This document shows, piece by piece, positions 55,172 through 64,000 of a DNA stretch of 64,000 nucleotides. The notes beneath the pieces are model-generated. The model saw only the letters and a program-made list of their open reading frames with translations. It searched no databases and had not been told where the DNA came from. The stretch is from Octopus vulgaris. Lineage: Eukaryota. Within the stretch, counting starts at the first letter, position 1. Each line of letters starts with the position of its first letter. A program made the translations under genes and the position numbers. Location: contig OX597831.1 in the NCBI GenBank assembly GCA_951406725.2, positions 12,028,001 through 12,092,000 of the forward strand, read 5' to 3'.

Positions 55172-55566
55172 ACTGTGAGGTAAGTAGCTTGCTTACCAAC
55201 CACATGGTTCCGGGTTCAGTCCCACTGCGTGGCACCTTGGTCAAGGGTCTTCTGCTATAGCCAAGGGCTGACCAAAGCCTTGTGAGTAGATTTGATAGAT
55301 GGAAACTGAAAGAAGCCCATTGTATATATGTGTGTGTGTATGTGTGTGTGTGTGAATGTTTGTATGTCTGTGTTTGTCCCTCCCCATCACTTGACAACCG
55401 ATGCTGGTGTGTTTACATCTCTGTAACTTAGCAGTTTGGCAAAAGAGACCAATAGAATAAATACTAGGCTTACAAAGAATAAGTCCTGGGGTCGATTTGT
55501 TTAACTAAAGGTGGTGCCCCCGCATGGCCACAGTCAAATGACTGAAACAAATAAAAGAATAAAAGA
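55172..55566 (+). mobile_element. SINE family B
   Basis: Matches the 40287 copy; lies inside a piggyBac-like MITE. Confidence 0.9.
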
Positions 55567-56834
55567 TTGACTAATTCAACCTGATTCGAATGAGTAAGCA
55601 ATATGTTTGACAGAGTAATTTGATTCTAAAGGTTAAATAAGAAAATGACACATTAGTCAGGGTGGTCATGGATGAGGTGTCTTTGATCATATGCATGCTT
55701 CTTTCAGGATGGCTTGAGAAGCCAAACATTAACATGTCATTTATTTTTAACTTAATTAATTACAATATACTTTTAGCAAATTCTGTTTGAGTCTCCAAAA
55801 TTTTGCCACTGGAGAATGAAGGCGAGATATTGAATCTCAATACTATTGTTTAGACTTAAACTGACCAGCAACTCACAGTTGGAAACAAGTTAAGCAGAGT
55901 AACATTCACTCACTCATTCATGCATCTGAAACGAAACCAAAACAAGACATATCCAACACTCTTGTCTAATTGTTGCTGAAATGCATAATGCAGTTACTAT
56001 ACAAACATTTATAGATGTACATAACTAAGATATACATATATACATATATATACAAAGAGAGAGAGAGAATTAAATGTGAGTCAAATACATACATAGGCAT
56101 ACATAAAGAGATAAATACACACACATCCAAACAGAGATTCATAAATACGAGACAATTAATTTTCCAAACCTTCACTAATGAATCTAAAACATATGCATGG
56201 GTATTTTTAATGAGGTGACAGCTTTTGGCAGTTAATTATTACAGATTCATGTTATATACACCACGCCCTCCAAAACACACAAAATATATATATATAAGAA
56301 TCCTAAATTCAATGACCCCTATATTCTATTGACTTTTGCACAGTGTTCTCTGCATTGAATATCAAGGAATTGATTTGAAATATTCACTCTCATAACGTAT
56401 CTTAATGTATTTCAGTAAATTAGGTAAAATTGATTAAATAATTAGTTCCACACACACACAAGGTCTTATATGCATAAAATGAATATAGCTAATTAGATCA
56501 ATTACTCTTTCACTACTCAATCATGACTTCATTTTATCAATTGTGTAAGAATGGAGAGCTATCAAACACTAACAATTTTGTCAGTCCAGCACATCGGACC
56601 CCACTTTGTCACTGGTTTCATACACTGGCACAAAAGGCCTTAAATTTAACGGGATGAGAATACATATTTATATTGACCCTAGCACAAGACCTTAAATTTA
56701 AGGGGGGGGTATGGACATTTATATTGACCTCACTACTTGATTAGTTGATCCAGTGAAGATATACAACTAAATAAATATCACAAGGTCTTTGTCCATTGCT
56801 CCACCGATTATGTCAATCTAATATATATTATATC

Positions 56835-57248
56835 TTATCTTTGACTTGTTTCAGTCACTTGGCTGTGGCAATGCTGGAGCACTGCCTTTAAGGGTTTTTT
56901 AAGTGAAGCAAATCAACCCTAGGACTTCTGTTTTTAAGCCTAGTACTTATTCTGTTGGTCTCTTTTACTGAACTGCTAAGTTATGGGGATGTAAACACAC
57001 CAACACCACCCGTAATCAAGCAGTGGTGGAGGACAAACATAGACACAAAGATATACACACAAACACACACACAAACACATGCACAAGGGGGTTCTTTCAG
57101 ATTTTGTCTACCAAGTTCATTCACAAGGCTTTGGTCAGCTCAAGGCAATAGAAGAAGACACTTGCTCAAGATATCCTGCTGTGGGACTGAACCCAGAACC
57201 ATGTGGTTGTGAAGCAAACTTCTTACCACACAGCCACACATGTGTCTC
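56835..57248 (-). mobile_element. SINE family B
   Basis: Reverse complement of family B from head to tail. Confidence 0.85.
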
Positions 57249-58968
57249 CATTGTTGATTTCTCACATAAAAAGTAGACTTCTAATATGGAAGTGCAGGAC
57301 ATTACCATTTAGATTAAATTCTGCCCCCATCAGAGTTCAACTGGTCCTTTATTACATCAGCCCCACCCCATGACCACCTTTCATCAAGGAATGACAGACA
57401 AAATCATTTCAGGGAGTTTAGAATTCAGAACAAACTAAATATTGTTAAACATACTAGTCTAGCTCTTAACTATTTCTTTATCGTTTCCTTTCTTTCCCCT
57501 TGCACACAATGCACCCACCCTACCCACCCCTCCTCCATCAGTCATGCTCTGTGGGAGCAGAGATAGTTGAGTTTGCATGGGATTTGAACTCAGAATGTAA
57601 AGGGGCCATAACTGAACACTTCAAAATATTTTGTTTGTTGTAACATATCTGTAAATTCAATACTAATTATAATTAGTGTGTTAATTTGCTAATAGTTAAC
57701 AGGAGGAATCAATATAGCAGAGTTTGAAATAAAGTGAAATTTAAGGAGTTTGCCATAAATCTATGGTATGGGGATGGGGTGGTGGTGCCGGCTGTTTTAT
57801 TATTTATAGGTAAGATATAATTATATATAAAAAAGAAATAGACATCTTGGTCAATACACCTTGGCCAGATCTTCACATTTTAAAATTCTCTCAAATTTTT
57901 ATTGTTTTGAAAGCTCTGGAGTCAAGATTGTAAGAATTACTAGTTGCTATTGTTGTTGTTCTTGTTTAACTCTTTAGCATTTAACTGGCCATATTCAGCT
58001 AAAATATGCCCTGTCTTATGTTCAGACTGGCCAGATCCAACCTCTTACACCTATCCTACAATGTTAGACAAAAAATACACAGTCACTTAACTGAAATCTC
58101 AAAGCTACAAGATTATGCAGGATAAATTCAAAACAATGTGAATGAATATCCAATGTGAATTGGATATAATAATCTGAACGCTAAAGAGTTGTCCTTGGGT
58201 CAATCCTGACCAAAGACATTCAAGCCATGACTGTCACTCAGTTAGTGATAGAGAGCAAAGTATGTAACTTGAAACAGATTTCGCTGCTATTTCTGGCATG
58301 CTGCATAGCTCTGTGGAGACATCCATTGGCTTTCCATAAGAATTGATTTCTGAATTTGGTGGAGCGAGTGAGCAAGAAGGAGATGAGTGAAAGAGAGAGA
58401 GGGAGTTCTGGCTACATTTCATTGGCAGATGTTTTGACAAATTGTCAGCCTTGTTCACTTGGGAATTGTTTGTGCCACTCTCAATAATTCAATGGATATC
58501 AGTTTCTGTACAGCTGTAAACAACAGGCTATAATTAGCTTATGTAACATCCGATTTCATAATTTAGCCAATAATATTGAATGATTTGAATAAGGAGAAAT
58601 ATTGTGAAAATCTAATAATATCGGTGTGGCAGTATGGTTATGAAGTTGAGGCAGGATTTTATGGTTGGATGCACTTCCTGTTGCTAACCCTCACCTATTT
58701 TACATATAAGGTATTTTTGTTTTATATATGTTCCACAGTTCTTTAAAAGTACAGAGTGACCAGTCATAATGTCAACAGGGAATGCCAACATTACTGCTGC
58801 ATCACGCAAATGATAACAAGTGAAATATCAACATTGACACACACACACACACACATCATGAAGAAAGAAATGTATAGAGATGCAAATGAGATACCAAGAT
58901 TACAAGATGGAACAAAAGTTTTATAGTGAATTTTGACATTTCTTTGGTTCCAATTTAATGGTTTGTGT

Positions 58969-59223
58969 AAATGGCTTTCAATCAGGGTCCATTTGACCCT
59001 TGGGGATCCATATAATGATTTTTTTTGTTAAAATTTATGTGTAAGAAATTAATTATAGACTTCTACAATACATCAAATATCTTGAACAATTTTTTAATAC
59101 AAATCCTAATAATATTTAATTCTAAAAATATAATGGAATTTTTGAGACATTGGCCCTGAGGCTCCATCTGAGTAAAATAAGAATCAAAGGAGTTCATCAG
59201 TAAAAAATTGTCAGGAATCACTG
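58969..59223. mobile_element. Degenerate hAT-like MITE
   Basis: Right end GGAATCACTG; weak left TIR and weak 8-bp flanks. Confidence 0.35.
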
Positions 59224-61237
59224 GTTTATACCAATTCTTCAGGATGAAATAGAATGGACCTAAAGACATTTTTAAAAATTATAAAATGGAGTGGAGAGGA
59301 GCCAAGGTTAAAAAAATGAAGTTATTTGCTTTATTATCTATAAATAGAAATATATATTTTTTTATTTTACTGCTTCCAGTAACTGTATTGTAGCCATGCT
59401 GGGATACAACCTTCAAGTATTAATTTTTTTTGTCTTGGTAATCTCATTTAAGCACTGCGGATTATGTCGTCATGAGTTCAATCTCTCTGAAAGTATTGTA
59501 TAGACATATTGCTTAAGGCATATAAGTATTCAACTATTATTGCCTAAAATTTCCTACATTAATAGGAGCTGAAACCCTGCTACACATATTTACCTATTAC
59601 TAATTAATTAAGGGTTTTTATTAGTATTTTTACCTGAGTAGTTTTCTCAAGAAGCAATAATTTACTTATATAATAGTTTCCTAGCAGGAAAGTATTTAAA
59701 ATATTAAGAAGGATATATTAAAGAAGAAACAGTCATTTTACAAAGGTTTCACAATTTAGAAAGTAAAAGAAAAAAAGTGAAAACTTCAATTAACTATAAA
59801 AAAAAAAGACAGATCACTTTTGATAATAAAGATTTAACGTAGCAAAATAGCATTTTCTTTGAATGGGTGAAAATACACATAAAATTTTGATTTTATAAAT
59901 TTATAATCATGAAGTTGATAAGATTTGAAACTGAAGAATATTGATTGGAATAGCATGAAGTAGCTGCAAAGAAGCAACAAAGAAATGCAAGCAATTCTGT
60001 AAAGAAAAGAGTTTAGGATGAAAATATGATTGTCATGTGTTAGGTTTGAGTTTGTTGTTTTTATGGCTTAGCCAGGGGAGGATGGGAGAGCCTAACCCCA
60101 CCCTTTTTACTGTTTTGTAGGGTCTACCACGAGAAACCCTAACTCAAGGCTTTTCCTCAGACTGAAAACCTGGTTTGAATACTCACCACAAAATGGGCTC
60201 TACTAAAGGTGCCAAAGAACCAGACAATGGGATGAATCAGATCTACCCCCCAGGAGTAGGTGCAGTCCACTTAATGGACTTCTTTTCAGTTCTCTGTCTC
60301 CCCAATTTCATCCACAAGTTTGGGTTGACCTGACGCTATGGCAAAACATAGTAACCCTAGGAACTGTGCAACGGAATCAAACTGATAATCATGTGATTGC
60401 AAAATAAGTTTGTTAACCACAAGACTATATTCTTGCACTACGAGTTAAACTGGACAAAATTGAAAGGCATGGTGTAGAGAAACAGTGAAAATAGAGATGG
60501 TTATACAGGTAGAACGATGATGACAACACGTAGTGAAGAAAAACAGGTTAACTTCTTCACACACAAAAGGATATTGTTTACTCATATACAAGATCAAGGC
60601 ATTTATGTTTTTCATATTTGAAGAATATTTTCTTCTGCTATACAAATCAGGACTCTCATAACTTGGCAAATGGATTCTTAACATTGGAACAACAGTTCTG
60701 GTCTTAATTTTGTAAATTTCAATGCAGTATCTATAAGTCTTTTGGTCTTGAGAATTCTTACAGTTTTTTGGAATACCTACAGAGTAACAATGATTTCTTC
60801 ATTTAAATCTTGTGACAAATTCGACAGAGCTGATGAGTAATGTAGATTGATTCAGAGGGAATGATATAATTTCATTAGAAAAGTAAAGACAAACGACTTT
60901 ATGCTAAAAAAAAAAAATGAAGATAAAAGCAATATATGTAGGTTATCGGAAATAAAACTCATCTCTAACTTTAATTTTGAGATTTGTTGGAAAGAATTAA
61001 GCTGCAAAATTGATATTTTGCGATGAGGAAAAAAGAAAATAGAAAAAAAAAAAATGGAATGGCAGAAAATCTTTTAGTGTATTTCAAAAAAATTTTCAGT
61101 TCAGAATATGTTGACTAAAAATAACTTGATTGCATGTTAATATTATTTCTTTATCATAAAATTAATGGGGAGAAAATATAATAAAAAAAAAAATTAAGTT
61201 GATTACTTTTATGAAATGAAACTGAGTTATTCCTTGA

Positions 61238-61718
<481 letters not shown>

Positions 61719-62219
61719 TATATGGAAAAACTACATTTTGGATGTTAGAAAGAGAAAGTTGTAACAAATTTTAGGAAAGATATTGAAAATCAAATTTCCC
61801 ATAACATTAAGACATCTTTTTATAGATTATTTTTTTTTTTTAGTAAATATATTAGTAAGAGTAATGCCATGAAGAAATGATCTAAAAAATAATGCGATGA
61901 CTGTAAAACATCAACTTGTCAATAGAGAATGTTTGGATAGCTGTATGAATATCAGTCAAAATATGGCCAAGATATATGAAAAACATTTTATGTGTATGTA
62001 TTTAAAAAAAAATACTATTGCTTGCACTTAAAATATGAAAAGAATATTCTTAAATATTTCTTTGGGAGAAAATGAAATTCACACATATGTATGCAGTTCT
62101 TATGTTAATATATTTGATTATAGATGCATAGACACATACTTAGATGTCTCTATATTTATTATTAAATACGAATATGTAGGAAATGACTGAGACCTATTAA
62201 GTTTAACTAAAAGTTCTAC

Positions 62220-62263
<44 letters not shown>

Positions 62264-63129
62264 TATATATAAATGTAACAGGAAAATAGTGAAAGTCTTC
62301 ACAGCTTTATGGAGTACCAACTGTCAGCTCAGTGAGTGGTTTGATGGTTCAAATTTAGAATGAAATAAATCTGATAATATAGCTGTATATAAATTGTTGA
62401 GTAGTACTGCCTTAAGGGCCATGGACACACTAAGCAGTTCAGTTGCCTGGGAGCACCACAAATGTCGGGACCTGATGCTAATCTCTCTCTATATATATAT
62501 ATATGTATGGAGCCCCAGTCTGTTGCTTTGCCTGAGGGCCTACAATGCATTTTTAAGATAGCAAGGACGATGAGCACTAAAAACAAGTTAGCTTGCTGAT
62601 ATTGCAACTTAAATGTTGGGATTAAAATCGTCAATGAAAATAGTTATGAAGTATTATTTATTTATAAACAGACTGAATAATGACTAAAAGCAATATGTAT
62701 CACCGAGTTTCCTTACTGGGATTAAAAATGCCATATTTGAATTACAGAGATTAATATAATGTTTGTTATCTCCTCATTGTCAAAACAAGGAAAGAAACAA
62801 ATCTTATACAATAATAAATCAATTTCTTCATTGGTGAATAAAAATATAGCTTTATGTGTGTGTGTATGTGAGAATATATATATATATACACACACATACA
62901 AGTAATATATATATACATACATACACACAAATACATGTATATATACACATATATATATGTATATATATATATACATACATACACACAAATACATGTATAT
63001 ATACACATATATATGTATATATATATATACACACACACATTTGTGTATTATATATATCTATTCATACACACACACATATATGTATTCATACATACATACA
63101 CACACATATATGTATACGTATGTATATTT

Positions 63130-63194
<65 letters not shown>

Positions 63195-63774
63195 ATAAAC
63201 TGAAATATCTTGTAGGAAGATCATACAAGAAAAACATACTAAATGGTTCTGTCAAAATGTGTATAATGAGAGTTTAATTTTGAAGGCTTTTGACATCACA
63301 GACTCATGGCATATTACTAAAGGTTGGGGGGGGGGGAGAAGAAACAGAATGATGATAGTTGTTTGTTTAGCTCAGCATTAAATAGGGAATAATGCCAGAA
63401 ACTGGTCTTGGATTATTTTTCTGTGAAAAAGCTAGTAGGTTTAGAGTAGCACTTTCCTTATTCACCAATCAGCAATTGCAATGAGTTGCATGTATTGTAT
63501 ATATATATATATATATATATCTATAAGAATGGTATGTCACACCATTGTTATCGTGTAGCCAGTAGATTATCGTAATTATATCAACAGCAAGTGACCAGCA
63601 GCTTACCTAATGTCAGCTGATTCTAACCATCAGAGTCACAGAGAGAAAGAGAGAGAGAGAGACGGAACAAGAGAGTGAGAGTGAATATGTTGTATTTGTT
63701 AATTTGATAATGGTTTTTTTACAGCTTCTCTCTGTGTAAGAACAAAACCATACCAGCCACAAATGTTTACATTT

Positions 63775-63827
63775 CTAAACGGCAGTTTCTTGGTCTTCAG
63801 AAACCACGAGCTGGAAATGCTCTTTAC
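63775..63827 (-). CDS. Putative last coding exon: xKEHFQLVVSEDQETAV*, class I PDZ-binding-type C-terminus
   Basis: Strong acceptor TTCTAATTACTTTCTTCCCTGCTCGTTTTTACAG|G (branch point, pyrimidine tract, CAG). Phase-1 reading ends E-T-A-V-TAG. Upstream exons would lie outside the window. Confidence 0.6.
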
Positions 63828-64000
63828 CTGTAAAAACGAGCAGGGAAGAAAGTAATTAGAATTCAATAAAATAATTATTAAAAAATGAAATAAGCAAGGT
63901 AGAATATCAGAAACGTTTTGAGAAAAAGTGTAGAAGTGATTATGTGAATGAATCTAATTCCTTGTTCAAACTTAAAATACAGACCCCATGATGTGGGATG

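Noticed and set aside
58234-58520. 74-aa minus-strand ORF near an acceptor-like site
   Set aside because: An in-frame stop lies between the acceptor and the ORF; no recognisable homology.

Overview
AT-rich eukaryotic genomic DNA, about half repeats, with no intact protein-length ORF; most ORF-track entries are microsatellite artefacts. The SINE families and microsatellite density resemble Octopus (recognised from memory, not database-confirmed). Repeats: dense tRNA-derived SINEs (several families, often in tandem), decayed mariner, CR1, RTE and Penelope-like fragments, and piggyBac- and hAT-type MITEs. Gene signals: a probable promoter at ~280-520, and a minus-strand terminal exon at 63775-63827 ending in a PDZ-binding-type motif (ETAV*), with candidate poly(A) sites as far away as ~21.7 and ~23.8 kb. 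Top observations: (1) a tRNA-headed element ending in a Penelope-type minimal hammerhead ribozyme, present as an inverted pair (17037-17685); (2) a second, unrelated hammerhead-bearing inverted element with a 19-bp flanking direct repeat (47786-48077); (3) a ~1.2-kb fold-back in otherwise unique sequence with a 92-bp duplex (49014-50204), a candidate ADAR or small-RNA substrate. All alignments and folds were done by eye; boundaries are approximate unless stated.
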